From assembly GCA_937996535.1 (NCBI GenBank), contig CALKVF010000077.1, positions 1,352-65,351 of the forward strand: 64,000 bases of DNA. The letters run 5' to 3'. Made by a program: the position numbers and the translations under genes. The stretch is from an uncultured Novosphingobium sp. (lineage in GTDB: Bacteria > Pseudomonadota > Alphaproteobacteria > Sphingomonadales > Sphingomonadaceae). Shown one piece after another: positions 8,122 through 17,844 of the stretch. A model generated the notes under the pieces. That model made no database searches. It was given only the letters and a program-made list of their open reading frames with translations, and had not been told where the DNA came from. How positions within the stretch are numbered: position 1 is the first letter of the stretch; each line of letters opens with the position of its first letter.

Positions 8122-10299
8122 ATGCACAAAACTCATCGTTTGATGCTTGGAGTCGCGGTCTCGGCAATCGCGCTGACCAGCGGCGGACAGGCCTTCGCGC
8201 AGGACACCGGCAGCCAGGGGCTCACCGAAATCGTGGTCACCGCGCAGAAGCGCGAAACCAAGCTCGAAAAGACCCCGATGACCATCAACGTCATCAGCGG
8301 CGATGAAATCGCCTCGTCGGGCATCGTCGAAATCAAGAGCCTGGCGGCGACCGTGCCTGGCTTCACCATGAACGAGTCGCCCGGCGGGCTCAGCGGCGTG
8401 GCGCTGCGCGGCGTCGGCACCTCGGCGGGCAGCCAGGTGTTCGAACAGTCTGTCGGCCTGTTCGTTGACGGCATCTACCACCCGCGCGCGCGCCAGTATC
8501 GCGATGCGCTGTTCGACGTTGAACGCGTCGAAGTGGTCAAGGGCAGCCAGGGCGTGCTGTTCGGCAAGAACACCAGCGTCGGCGCGGTCAGCGTGATCTC
8601 GCGCGGGGCGGGTTCCAAGACCGGCGGTTACCTGCAGGGCACGGTCGAGGCCAATTACGGCAGCTACGGCTTCGAAGGCGGGGTCGACGTTGTCGCGAGC
8701 GACACCTTCAAGGCCCGCATCGCCGGGATGTTCGATCACCAGAACGGCTTCGTCCAGAACGTCACGCTGAACCGCAAGGAAGCCAATGGCGACCGTTACG
8801 TGGTGCGCGGCGTGTTCGATTTCACCCCGACCGAAGCACTGAGCCTGCGCGCCAAGGTGCAGTTCAGCAAGCTTGACCAGGTCGGCAACAACTTTGAATT
8901 CATCGCCAACCAGAACGTCACCGCCCTGCAGGGCCTGGGCGTGGTCGATGGCGGCTTGAACGACTATGTGAAGTACGAAAGCGCCGGCTCGTTTGGCGAC
9001 GCGCTCGACTGGCAGAAGGGCCAGGATCACTCGCTTGAAATCAAGTATGATCTGGGCAACGATTTCACGCTGACGGCGGTGTCGGGCTACACCAAGTTCG
9101 ACTTCAACAACGGGTTCGATTCAGACTCGACCCCGGGCACGCAACTGTTCTCGCACTTCAATGAAAAGTTCGACCAGTTCACCCAGGAAGTGCGCCTGAC
9201 CTCGCCGGGCGGGCAGCCGCTCGAATATATCGTCGGCGGGTATTACCTGCACTCGACGGTGCACTACAACTACCTGAGCTACTACAACAACTTCCCGGTC
9301 GCGGGCGGGCTTTACGGCACCACGTCGCAGCGCTTCAACCAAACCGAGAACACCTTCGCCGGGTTTGGCCAGGCCACCTGGCACATGGCTGACAACCTGC
9401 AGCTCAATGTCGGCGGGCGCCTGACCAGCGACAAGAAGGATGCCGATTACCAGAAGTTCCTGCTCAGCGACGGCGGCCGTCCGACCGGGCTGGTGGCGCT
9501 GCTGGGCAATGGCCCCTACCACGCGGTCAACGTGAAGGATGACACCTTCGATTTCTCCGGCACGCTGAGCTACAACCCCACGCCCAGCTCGACGCTCTAC
9601 GTCTCGGCCGGGCGCGGCAACAAGGGTTCGGGCTTCGTCAACCAGGCGGCGCTGGCCAATCCCTGGCCGGCCACCTTCCTGGTCCCGGTGGAACGCGTGA
9701 CCACCTATGAAGCGGGCTTCAAGGGCCGCGTCCTCGATGGCCGCGTCTATCTGTCGCTTGCCGCCTATCACATGGACATCAAGAACTTCCAGGACAGCTT
9801 CTACAACTCGACCGCGCGCGCCTTCCAGGTCCGTTCGCTCGATGCGAAGAGCACCGGGTTCGAAGCCGAAACCCAGATCAAGTTCAGCGATGCGATCACC
9901 GGCTATGGCAACCTGTCGTGGACCCCCCATGCCAAGCTCGCCAATGGCGAACGGATGCAGCGTTCGGCGCGGTTCAGCTCGACCATGGGCCTGCGTTACA
10001 AGTACGAGCTGTCCGACAGCCTGACCCTGTCGGGCTTTGGCCAGTGGCTGCACTCAACCTCGATGCTGCACCAGCCGGCCTCGGCCCCGGGCGACAACTG
10101 GAGCCACCCCTACGACCTGCTGAGCGCCCGCATCCAGCTCACCTACGAGCCCGCGCGCCTGAGCTTCTTCGTCAACGGGGCGAACCTCTCCAAGCAGGTT
10201 TACCGCACCTTCTCGTTCGGCAGCCCGCTCGGCCTCGGCCAGGTTGGCGCGCTCAATGATCCGCGCACCTTCACCTTCGGGATCCGCAAGGAATTCTGA
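8122..10299 (+). CDS. TonB-dependent receptor
   Basis: Signal peptide (AFA/Q), EIVVTAQKRE TonB box, DVERVEVVKGSQGVLFGKNTSVGAVSV plug motif, PRTFTFGIRKEF with terminal Phe. Confidence 0.95.
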   Translation: MHKTHRLMLGVAVSAIALTSGGQAFAQDTGSQGLTEIVVTAQKRETKLEKTPMTINVISGDEIASSGIVEIKSLAATVPGFTMNESPGGLSGVALRGVGTSAGSQVFEQSVGLFVDGIYHPRARQYRDALFDVERVEVVKGSQGVLFGKNTSVGAVSVISRGAGSKTGGYLQGTVEANYGSYGFEGGVDVVASDTFKARIAGMFDHQNGFVQNVTLNRKEANGDRYVVRGVFDFTPTEALSLRAKVQFSKLDQVGNNFEFIANQNVTALQGLGVVDGGLNDYVKYESAGSFGDALDWQKGQDHSLEIKYDLGNDFTLTAVSGYTKFDFNNGFDSDSTPGTQLFSHFNEKFDQFTQEVRLTSPGGQPLEYIVGGYYLHSTVHYNYLSYYNNFPVAGGLYGTTSQRFNQTENTFAGFGQATWHMADNLQLNVGGRLTSDKKDADYQKFLLSDGGRPTGLVALLGNGPYHAVNVKDDTFDFSGTLSYNPTPSSTLYVSAGRGNKGSGFVNQAALANPWPATFLVPVERVTTYEAGFKGRVLDGRVYLSLAAYHMDIKNFQDSFYNSTARAFQVRSLDAKSTGFEAETQIKFSDAITGYGNLSWTPHAKLANGERMQRSARFSSTMGLRYKYELSDSLTLSGFGQWLHSTSMLHQPASAPGDNWSHPYDLLSARIQLTYEPARLSFFVNGANLSKQVYRTFSFGSPLGLGQVGALNDPRTFTFGIRKEF

Positions 10300-10312
10300 T
10301 CCGCCTTGCCCC

Positions 10313-10393
10313 GCCATCCGCCCAATGCCCCGGGCGGATGGCACCGGCATACAAAACGGCCCCCGGCATCGCTTGCCAGGGGCCGTTTGTTTT
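10313..10393. terminator. Double hairpin/bidirectional intrinsic terminator between convergent TBDR and P450
   Basis: GCCATCCGCCC/GGGCGGATGGC (10313-10342) and AAACGGCCCC..GGCA/TGCC..GGGGCCGTTT flanked by A and T runs. Confidence 0.75.
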
Positions 10394-10403
10394 GCAGCGA
10401 GTA

Positions 10404-11627
10404 TTAGCCGTTGAGGCGGATCGGCAGGGTCTTCATCGCCTGGACCAGATTGGAGCGCAGCCAGGTCGGCTCGCCCGCCAGGGCATAGTTCGGGAAGGCT
10501 GCCAGGAACGCCTCAAGGATCACCCGCAGCTGCAATTGCGCCAGCCGCGAACCCAGGCAGTGGTGGACGCCGTAGCCAAAGGTGAGGTGACGCGAGGCGT
10601 TTTCGCGGCACAGATCGAGCCGGTGCGGATCGGCGAATACCGCCGGATCATGATTGCCCGCGCCATAAAGCAGCGCCACCCGTTCACCCGCCTGCACCGC
10701 GGTTCCGCCAACCACGACATCGCGCTTGGCGGTGCGGGCCATCTGGTAAACCGGGCTGTACCAGCGCAGCAATTCGTTGGTGGCCCCGGCGATCAGCGCG
10801 GGATCATCGAGCAGCAACTGGCGCTGATCGGGATTGCGGACCAGCGCCCACAGCGCCCCGGCCAGCGAACTGCGCGTGGTTTCATTGCCCGCCGCGATCA
10901 TGTTCGAGAAAAAGCTCTTCTGCTCGATCTCGCTCAGCGCCCGTCCGCCGATCGTGGCATTGGCCACCCGGCTCAACAGATCGCCGGTCGGCGCGCGGCG
11001 GCGCTGCTCCAGCAGGTGCCAGCCATAGTCGAAGATTTCGAGATAGCGCTGGTTGGCATCGGCCATGGTCGGCGAATATTCGGGGTCGTCGATTCCGAAC
11101 ACGGCATTGGTGAATTCAAACACCCGCCATTCGTCCTCCTCGGGCACGCCCATTGCCGCGCAGACGGTCTTGATCGGTACGATCGCAGCCACTTCGGTGA
11201 CCACGTCCACCGCATCGCGCCCCTTGAGGCTGGCGATCAGCGCATCGACCGAGGCGCGGATGCGCGGCTCCAGTTGAGCCAGCGCGCCGGGCATGAAGGC
11301 CGAAGCCACCACGCCGCGAAAATCGGCGTGTTCGGGATTGTCCATCGCCAGCATGAAACGCGACAGCACCTGGCCGATTTCCGGGTCCATCGCGGTAAAG
11401 CTGTCGGTCGGGATGCGAAAGCCCTGCGTCGAGGTGAAATTCTCGGCATCGAGCGACACCGCGCGAATGTCATCAAACCGGGTCAGTGCCCAGAACGGCG
11501 GCTGGTGGGCCGATCCGGGATGGCGCCAGACCGGCTGGGTTTCACGCATCCGGTCATAGAGCGCATAGGGGTGTCCCTGCGCGAAGGTATCCGGGTCGAT
11601 AACGCTGAAGTCGATCTGGCCCTGCAT
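10404..11627 (-). CDS. Cytochrome P450
   Basis: I-helix AAGNETT, ExxR (ELLR), heme-thiolate FGYGVHHCLG. Confidence 0.96.
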   Translation of the reverse strand: MQGQIDFSVIDPDTFAQGHPYALYDRMRETQPVWRHPGSAHQPPFWALTRFDDIRAVSLDAENFTSTQGFRIPTDSFTAMDPEIGQVLSRFMLAMDNPEHADFRGVVASAFMPGALAQLEPRIRASVDALIASLKGRDAVDVVTEVAAIVPIKTVCAAMGVPEEDEWRVFEFTNAVFGIDDPEYSPTMADANQRYLEIFDYGWHLLEQRRRAPTGDLLSRVANATIGGRALSEIEQKSFFSNMIAAGNETTRSSLAGALWALVRNPDQRQLLLDDPALIAGATNELLRWYSPVYQMARTAKRDVVVGGTAVQAGERVALLYGAGNHDPAVFADPHRLDLCRENASRHLTFGYGVHHCLGSRLAQLQLRVILEAFLAAFPNYALAGEPTWLRSNLVQAMKTLPIRLNG

Positions 11628-11637
11628 CGCGCGGCGC

Positions 11638-12834
11638 CTAGAGCAGATCGGCCGGGGTGGTCGGCATGCCCAGCTCGACCTTGCCGGCGAGCACGGCGGT
11701 GCGATCCCAATCGAACATCACGTGGCCGCGCATCACCTGCAGATCGCGCAGGTGCCGCTGCAAGGGCGCGCTGGTCATCGACGCGCTTGCCCCGGCAGCA
11801 GCGCCCAGCGTGTTGACCGCCGAATTGGCCAGCCGCACGATCTGTGCCGCGGCCAGCCGCAACGCCACCTGAACGTCAATCGGGGTCTGCGCGCCATTGG
11901 GGCCTTCGCGGTCCAGCACCCGGCAGGCATCGTCCCAGACCAGCCGCGCCGCGCGAACATCGGCCATCGCCTCGCCCAGCCGCAGGTGGGTGGTCTGCAT
12001 ATCGCCCTGCCGCGCCCCGCCGCTGAACGCCTGAAGCTTGGTCTTCATCCGCTCTGTGAACCAGTCAACCGCGGCCTCCGCCGCGCCCAGCGCCGGGGTT
12101 GCCGCGACCAGCGCCAGCCCGGCCCGCAAAGGTGCGCGCAGGGTCGATCCCGGGTGCAGCGCCTCGCCCGGCGAAGCGCCGGCGGCCATCAGCCGGGCGG
12201 GCAATGTCATGTGGGTGGGCACGAACACATCGCGCACAATCACCGCCTGGCTGCCCGTCGCGGCCATGCCCGATACGTACCAGACATCGTCGATCTCAGC
12301 CTGGCCCACCGGCATGGCGCAGAAGATCGGCTCCATCGTCTCGGGATTGAGGCCGTTGACCAACAGCCAATCCGAATGGTTGACCCCGGTGGCCCATTCC
12401 CACCGCCCCGAAACGCGAAAGCCCCCTTCGACCGGCACCGCCTTGCCGGTGGGAGCAAGCGGCGCCGGCGCGCGCGGGATTGCGCCATCCTTGAAGAAGG
12501 CGGCCTGCGCCTCCGCACCGAACTTGCACAGCATCCACGCGTGAAGCGCCAGGAATGACAGCGTCCAGCCGCTTGAGGGGCAGCCCCGGCTGAGCCGGCG
12601 CACCACATCCATGAAGGCGCTGAACTGCGCGCCCTGCCCGCCGACCCCGGCCGGGGCCAGCATGGCGAAGAAGCCGGCGGCATCGGCCTCGTCCACGGTT
12701 GCATCGGGCATCGCCCGCGCAGCTTCGGCGGCGGCGGCGCGATCAGCGAGGCGCAAGGCAAAGGCATCGGCCCAATCGCTCCACGGTTCTCCGCCGCGCG
12801 TCATACCACTGACCTGGCTTTGCTGGGCCATCAT
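11638..12834 (-). CDS. Flavin-dependent monooxygenase, acyl-CoA dehydrogenase fold (HsaA-like)
   Basis: RGCPSSGW, SGRWEWATGVNHSDW, DVWYVSGMAATGS, LQRHLRD; start may be 12831. Confidence 0.85.
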   Translation of the reverse strand: MMAQQSQVSGMTRGGEPWSDWADAFALRLADRAAAAEAARAMPDATVDEADAAGFFAMLAPAGVGGQGAQFSAFMDVVRRLSRGCPSSGWTLSFLALHAWMLCKFGAEAQAAFFKDGAIPRAPAPLAPTGKAVPVEGGFRVSGRWEWATGVNHSDWLLVNGLNPETMEPIFCAMPVGQAEIDDVWYVSGMAATGSQAVIVRDVFVPTHMTLPARLMAAGASPGEALHPGSTLRAPLRAGLALVAATPALGAAEAAVDWFTERMKTKLQAFSGGARQGDMQTTHLRLGEAMADVRAARLVWDDACRVLDREGPNGAQTPIDVQVALRLAAAQIVRLANSAVNTLGAAAGASASMTSAPLQRHLRDLQVMRGHVMFDWDRTAVLAGKVELGMPTTPADLL

Positions 12835-12897
12835 GCCGATCCTTTCCCAATTGCCTCGTGCGGGCTTTCAAGCAGCCTGTCCAAGTTCCAATTTTTT

Positions 12898-12912
12898 GTC
12901 AAGTTAGTTTAC
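12898..12912. promoter_or_regulatory. GTCAA-N5-TTGAC-type operator (GTCAAGTTAGTTTAC)
   Basis: Between the divergent monooxygenase and MarR genes. Confidence 0.55.
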
Positions 12913-13020
12913 AGAGTTAACGAAAGGCAGCTTGGGATTACTACTAAGATGGGCTCAAAACCGTCCGAAATCAGCCGAAACTATCTTGCGCGCCCTGCCC
13001 CGAGCGGGAATGGAGAACCC

Positions 13021-13437
13021 ATGGCGAATTCCCTGCTGATGCTTGACCTGATGCGGACCTATCTGTGGTTCGACGAACAACTGCGCAGCCGGCTGGCCGA
13101 GCGCGGCTGGGGTGCGGTCAGCCGGTCGCAGTCGCTGGTGCTGACCCATATCGCCAATGGGGTTAGCCGGGCCTCGCGGATCGCGGAAAACCTAGGGGTT
13201 ACGCGTCAGGCGATGAGCCAGCTGCTGAGCGACATGGAATCGCGCGGACTGATCGAACTGCAGCCCGACCCGTTCGATCGCCGCGCCCAGCTCGTCCAGT
13301 TTGCCCCCGGCGGTGCGGCAATCCGCGAGGATGCCCAGCAGACGCTGCGCGAGCTTGAACGCGACATGGAAGAGGCACTGGGCAGCGAGCGGATGCGCGA
13401 TCTGCGCGAGGCGCTGGAACGCTTCCCCGAACGCTGA
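13021..13437 (+). CDS. MarR family regulator
   Basis: RASRIAENLGVTRQAMSQLLSDMESRGLIELQPDPFDRRAQLV wHTH; GGAGA RBS before MANSLL. Confidence 0.9.
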   Translation: MANSLLMLDLMRTYLWFDEQLRSRLAERGWGAVSRSQSLVLTHIANGVSRASRIAENLGVTRQAMSQLLSDMESRGLIELQPDPFDRRAQLVQFAPGGAAIREDAQQTLRELERDMEEALGSERMRDLREALERFPER

Positions 13438-13591
13438 TCGCCCCCCGCGCCGAACGGCAATCGTCAATTTCAACGACATTTTTACCCAACGGTCCATAAC
13501 CACCCCGGCAGGGCTGGCGAGGTGGCTGGCGATCGGTTATTCGGCACCCATATCCGGGCGGCAAAACTGCCCCGGAGCGCCGGAACCGATC

Positions 13592-14050
13592 ATGCAATCA
13601 CCTTACCTCATCGTATCATTGCTCCAGGGCTTCTACTGGTTCGATTCCGGGCTGCAGAGCTTCCTGCGCGCGCGCAGCTGGCCCACGCTGACCCATTCGC
13701 AATCGATGGTGATGATGAACATCACGATCGGCGCGACCCGGCCGGTGGAAATCGCCCGCAATCTGGGGATCAGCCGTCAGGCGGTCCACGTCACGCTGGC
13801 CCAGATCGCCGAACTCGGCATGATCCGCTTTGCCGACGATCCGACTGACAAGCGCACCAAGATCGTAGTGCTGACCGAAATCGGCGAACCGATGCGCCGC
13901 GATGCCCAGGCCGCCGTCTCGATGATGACCAAGCGCCTGGCCGAACGCATCGGCCAGCCGCAGCTTGCCGGGCTGATCGCGGCCTGCGGGGTGGACTGGG
14001 GCGATCCGATCGATTTCGAAGCCGAAGCCGCGCTCGAAGCGCGCGCCTGA
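13592..14050 (+). CDS. MarR family regulator (paralog of the upstream MarR)
   Basis: EIARNLGISRQAVHVTLAQIAELGMIRFADDPTDKRTKIV; shares WFD..L...L..R.W.....SQS with the upstream MarR. Confidence 0.9.
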   Translation: MQSPYLIVSLLQGFYWFDSGLQSFLRARSWPTLTHSQSMVMMNITIGATRPVEIARNLGISRQAVHVTLAQIAELGMIRFADDPTDKRTKIVVLTEIGEPMRRDAQAAVSMMTKRLAERIGQPQLAGLIAACGVDWGDPIDFEAEAALEARA

Positions 14051-14054
14051 CGGC

Positions 14055-15587
14055 TCAGGCGCCGACGGCGCTACGCTTGCCCTGCCAATAGGGCGCCCGC
14101 AGCTGCGCCTTGAGCACTTTGCCCGCGGGGCTACGCGGCAGCGGTTCGCTGCGCAGATCCCAGCTCTTGGGGCATTTGTAGCGCGCCAGCCGCTCGTGCA
14201 GGTGCGCCAACAGCGCCGCGGTGCTCGGCGCAGCGCCCGCAACCGGCACGACGATCGCGTGGACCAGTTCGCCCCAGTGCGCATCGGGAATGCCGATCAC
14301 GGTGCATTCGTGCACCTCGGGGTGCAGGCTCAGCGCGTTTTCGACCTCGATCGAATAGATGTTTTCCGCGCCCGAGACGATCATGTCCTTCATCCGGTCG
14401 GTGATGGTGATGAAGCCATCCTCGTCCATGAAACCGGCGTCCTGCGAATGCATCCAGCCGCCGCGCAGGGCTTCGGCGGTTTCCTCGGGCCGGTTCCAAT
14501 ATCCCGCCATCACGCAGGGCCCGCGCCCGACGATTTCGCCCACCTGCCCACGCGGCAGTTCGGCGCCATCGGGGCCAACCACCATGATCTCGAAGCCATA
14601 ACCCGGAACGCCTGCGGTGCGCAGCTTGGCCAGTCCGCTCTCGACCCGGTGGTGTTCGGGCATCAGGAAGGTGATCGAGGGCATTTCGGTCATTCCGAAG
14701 CCCTGGATAAACGCGATCCCCGGCAGACGCTCCTGCGCGCGGGCGATGGTCGCCGCGGGCATCGGTGAGCCGCCATAGCCCAGCATCCGCAGCGAGGAGA
14801 GATCGTGCGCTGCAAGGTCAGCATGGGTCAGCGTATCGATCACCGCCGGCACGGTGAACACGTGGGTCACGCGGTGCCGCGCGGTCAGCGCCATGATCGT
14901 CGCGGGGTCGAGCTTTTGGGCAAAGACGTGGGTTCCGGCCACCATCGTCACCGAAAACATCCCGATATCGGCAAGGTGGAACATCGGCGCGCAGTGCAGG
15001 TTCACGCAGGCCGGGCCGAACCCGATCATCATGATCAGGTTGTTCGCCACCGAAACCAGATTGCGGTGGGTCAGCATCACGCCCTTGGGCAGACCCGTGG
15101 TGCCGCCGGTGTAGAACACCCCGGCAAGATCGGCATCGGCGCGGGCCGCATCGGCCAGCGGTACAAGCCCGGCCGCCGCCCGGCGCAGGCTGCCGCCCGC
15201 TTCATCGAGCCGTTCGATCCGCAGGTCTGGCAAAGCCTCAGCGAGGCCCGCAGCCTGGGCTTCGAACCCATCGCCCACCAGCAGCACTTTCGCGCCCACG
15301 TCGCTGAGCTGGAACGAGAGTTCGGCAACCGTCAGCCGGGTGTTGAGCGGGACGATCACCGCCCCGGCCCAGAATGCCGCGAAATAGGCATCGTAATAGT
15401 GATCGCTGTTGGCGGCGAGCACGGCCACCCGATCATCGGCCCCGGCGCCAAAACTGCGCAGCAGCGCGGCAAGGCGCGCGATGTCATCGGCAACTTCGGC
15501 CCAGCAGCGCTGCCGCTCACCATCGATGGTGGCAAGGCCGCGCGGATTGATGCGCGCCGCGCGATGGATACCCTGGGTCAGTTGCAC
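14055..15587 (-). CDS. Long-chain acyl-CoA ligase (AMP-binding)
   Basis: YTGGTTGLPKG, GFGMTE, WMHSQD, DRMKDMIVSGAENIYSIEVE, PAGKVLK; GTG start. Confidence 0.92.
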   Translation of the reverse strand: MQLTQGIHRAARINPRGLATIDGERQRCWAEVADDIARLAALLRSFGAGADDRVAVLAANSDHYYDAYFAAFWAGAVIVPLNTRLTVAELSFQLSDVGAKVLLVGDGFEAQAAGLAEALPDLRIERLDEAGGSLRRAAAGLVPLADAARADADLAGVFYTGGTTGLPKGVMLTHRNLVSVANNLIMMIGFGPACVNLHCAPMFHLADIGMFSVTMVAGTHVFAQKLDPATIMALTARHRVTHVFTVPAVIDTLTHADLAAHDLSSLRMLGYGGSPMPAATIARAQERLPGIAFIQGFGMTEMPSITFLMPEHHRVESGLAKLRTAGVPGYGFEIMVVGPDGAELPRGQVGEIVGRGPCVMAGYWNRPEETAEALRGGWMHSQDAGFMDEDGFITITDRMKDMIVSGAENIYSIEVENALSLHPEVHECTVIGIPDAHWGELVHAIVVPVAGAAPSTAALLAHLHERLARYKCPKSWDLRSEPLPRSPAGKVLKAQLRAPYWQGKRSAVGA

Positions 15588-15686
15588 GAAATTTCAGGCC
15601 TTTATCAGCTTGGTCCGGCAGCCCGCCAATGCATGGCGCAGCCTCCGGTTCATCCCCGTTTCCAGCTACCCAGCCTTGCGGATATT

Positions 15687-15701
15687 GTCAAATAAATTGC
15701 C
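15687..15701. promoter_or_regulatory. GTCAA-N5-TTGAC-type operator (GTCAAATAAATTGCC)
   Basis: One mismatch; upstream of the CoA ligase. Confidence 0.5.
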
Positions 15702-15716
15702 TATTACGTGAGGTGA

Positions 15717-16913
15717 TCAGATCACGCCGCGCGCTGTCAGATCGGCCAGCTGGGCACTGTCGAGGCCGAGCAGCGCGCCATAGACTTCGGCATTGTGTTC
15801 GCCCGGCACGGCAGGCGCCGGGCGGCGCACGGCCGAGGGCGTATCCGACAGCTTGGGCATCGGCGCCTGCATCCGCAGCGCGCCGTGGACCGGATCGTTC
15901 ACCGCAACGATGGCCTCGCGCGCGGCGAAGTGCGGATCGGCCAGCATTTCCTTGCCCGTGAAGATCCGCCCGGCGGGAACCGAATGTTCGACCATCAGGG
16001 CTTCGAGCTGATCGACGGTCAGGGTCAGGGTCCAGGCCTCGATCAGATCATCGAGTTCGCGCTGGTTGGTGCCGCGCGCGATGTGGGTGGCATAGCGCGG
16101 ATCGCTGGCCAGTTCGGGGCGGCCCATCGCCTGGGCCAACCGGGCAAAGATCGTGTCGCCATTGCCGCCGATCATGTATTCGCCGTCGCTGCAGCGATAG
16201 ACGTTGCTCGGCGCGATGCCAGGCAGGATCGAGCCCAAACGCTGCCGCACCAGCCCCATCGCGTCATATTCTGGAACCAGGCTTTCCATGACCTGCAGCA
16301 CGGCTTCGTAGAGCGCGGAATCGACCACCTGCCCCTTGCCGCTGACCTCGCGCGCACGCAGCGCGGCCAGCGCACCCATGCAGCCATAGGTCGCCGCCAG
16401 GGTATCGCCGATCGAAACCCCCATCCGGCTTGGCGGGCGATCCGGATCGCCCACGATCGCGCGCCAGCCGCCCATCGCCTCGCCGATCCCGCCATAGCCG
16501 GCGCGGGTCGAATAGGGGCCGGTCTGACCATAGCCGCTCATCCGCACCACGATCAGGCGGGGATTGATCGCGTGCAGCGCATCGGGCCCCAGCCCCCACT
16601 TCTCCATCGTGCCGGGCTTGAAATTCTCGATCATGATGTCGGCATCGGCGAGCAGGCGGCGGGCCAGATCCTGCCCCTCGGCCACGCGCAGGTTGGCAGT
16701 GACCGACCGCTTGTTGCGGGCGATCACGCTCCACCACACCTTGCGCTCGCCATTGCCCCAGGTCCGCATCGGATCGCCCACCACCGGCGGCTCGATCTTG
16801 ATCACATCGGCGCCCATGTCGCCCAAGAGCTGGCCGCAGAACGGGCCCGCGATCAGCTGCCCCAGCTCGACCACCTTGATCCCGGCCAGCGCACCCTTGT
16901 TCTCGCTCGTCAT
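15717..16913 (-). CDS. CaiB/BaiF family CoA-transferase
   Basis: LAGIKVVELGQLIAGPFCGQLLGDMGADVIKIEPP, RNKRS, ENFKPG, SGYGQTGPY; overlaps the lyase stop codon. Confidence 0.92.
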   Translation of the reverse strand: MTSENKGALAGIKVVELGQLIAGPFCGQLLGDMGADVIKIEPPVVGDPMRTWGNGERKVWWSVIARNKRSVTANLRVAEGQDLARRLLADADIMIENFKPGTMEKWGLGPDALHAINPRLIVVRMSGYGQTGPYSTRAGYGGIGEAMGGWRAIVGDPDRPPSRMGVSIGDTLAATYGCMGALAALRAREVSGKGQVVDSALYEAVLQVMESLVPEYDAMGLVRQRLGSILPGIAPSNVYRCSDGEYMIGGNGDTIFARLAQAMGRPELASDPRYATHIARGTNQRELDDLIEAWTLTLTVDQLEALMVEHSVPAGRIFTGKEMLADPHFAAREAIVAVNDPVHGALRMQAPMPKLSDTPSAVRRPAPAVPGEHNAEVYGALLGLDSAQLADLTARGVI

Positions 16914-17830
16914 CATTCGCTTTCCGCTTTGGGGAATCCGCCGGCCCGGGCCAGCATCGAAGGCATGGGCTTGTCCATCACGCCCGCAAGCCAGTGCGCG
17001 GCCGCGATCAGCCGGTCAAGCTCAAGCCCCGTGGCCACGCCCGAGCGTGCCAGCAGATAGGCCACGTCCTCGCTCGCCACGTTGCCCGCCGCGCCCGGGG
17101 CAAAGGGACAGCCGCCCAGCCCGCCGATCGAGGCATCGACCACGCCAGCCCCGGCTTCGACCGCCGCCCAGACATTGGCGATCCCGGTGTTGCGGGTGTT
17201 GTGGAAATGGACGCGCACCGGCAGCGGCGCGATAGCCGCCTTCACCGCCGAAACCAGCGCCGAAACCTGCGCCGGCACGGCCACGCCGATGGTATCGGCC
17301 AGGGCAATCTCGCACGGACCGAAGGCAGCAAGTTCGCGCGCCATCGCCACCACGTGGGCCGTGTCCACCTCGCCCCCGAACGGACAGCCGAAGGCCACCG
17401 CAATGGTCACCTGCGCACTGCGCCCGGCGGCCTTGGCCAGAGCGATGATGCGCCCGGCCACGGCGATCGATTCCGCGCTGGTCTGGCCCTGGTTGCGGAT
17501 CCCGAACGGATCCGACGCAATCGCCACCGCGCCCAGCTGATCAAGCCCGCTGGCGAGCGCGCGTTCGGCCCCGCGTTCGTTGAGCACCAGCCCGATCCGG
17601 GTCACCCCGGCGGGCGCGCCCAGCGCGGCCACCACCGCTTCGGCATCGGCCATCTGCGGCACGCGCTTGGGATTGACGAAGCTTGCCACTTCGATCCGCC
17701 GCGCGCCCGCGGCAATGGCGCGGCGGATCAGTTCGACCTTGTCCTCGGTCGAAACCAGTTTCGCCTCGTTCTGCAATCCATCGCGCGGGCCGACCTCGAC
17801 CAGTTCGATGGCCCTTGTGTGCTGTGTCAT
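16913..17830 (-). CDS. Hydroxymethylglutaryl-CoA lyase family protein
   Basis: EVGPRDGLQNE, ADTIG, HFHNTRNTG, GGLGGCPFAPGAAGNVASED. Confidence 0.92.
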   Translation of the reverse strand: MTQHTRAIELVEVGPRDGLQNEAKLVSTEDKVELIRRAIAAGARRIEVASFVNPKRVPQMADAEAVVAALGAPAGVTRIGLVLNERGAERALASGLDQLGAVAIASDPFGIRNQGQTSAESIAVAGRIIALAKAAGRSAQVTIAVAFGCPFGGEVDTAHVVAMARELAAFGPCEIALADTIGVAVPAQVSALVSAVKAAIAPLPVRVHFHNTRNTGIANVWAAVEAGAGVVDASIGGLGGCPFAPGAAGNVASEDVAYLLARSGVATGLELDRLIAAAHWLAGVMDKPMPSMLARAGGFPKAESE

Positions 17831-17844
17831 GGTAGCGGTCTGGA

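Noticed and set aside
12820-13020. N-terminal extensions in the ORF track (also at 4639, 16913, 24525, 33795, 35621 and 59314 ORFs)
   Set aside because: Extensions run through promoter DNA or neighbouring genes; downstream starts fit RBS position and family length better
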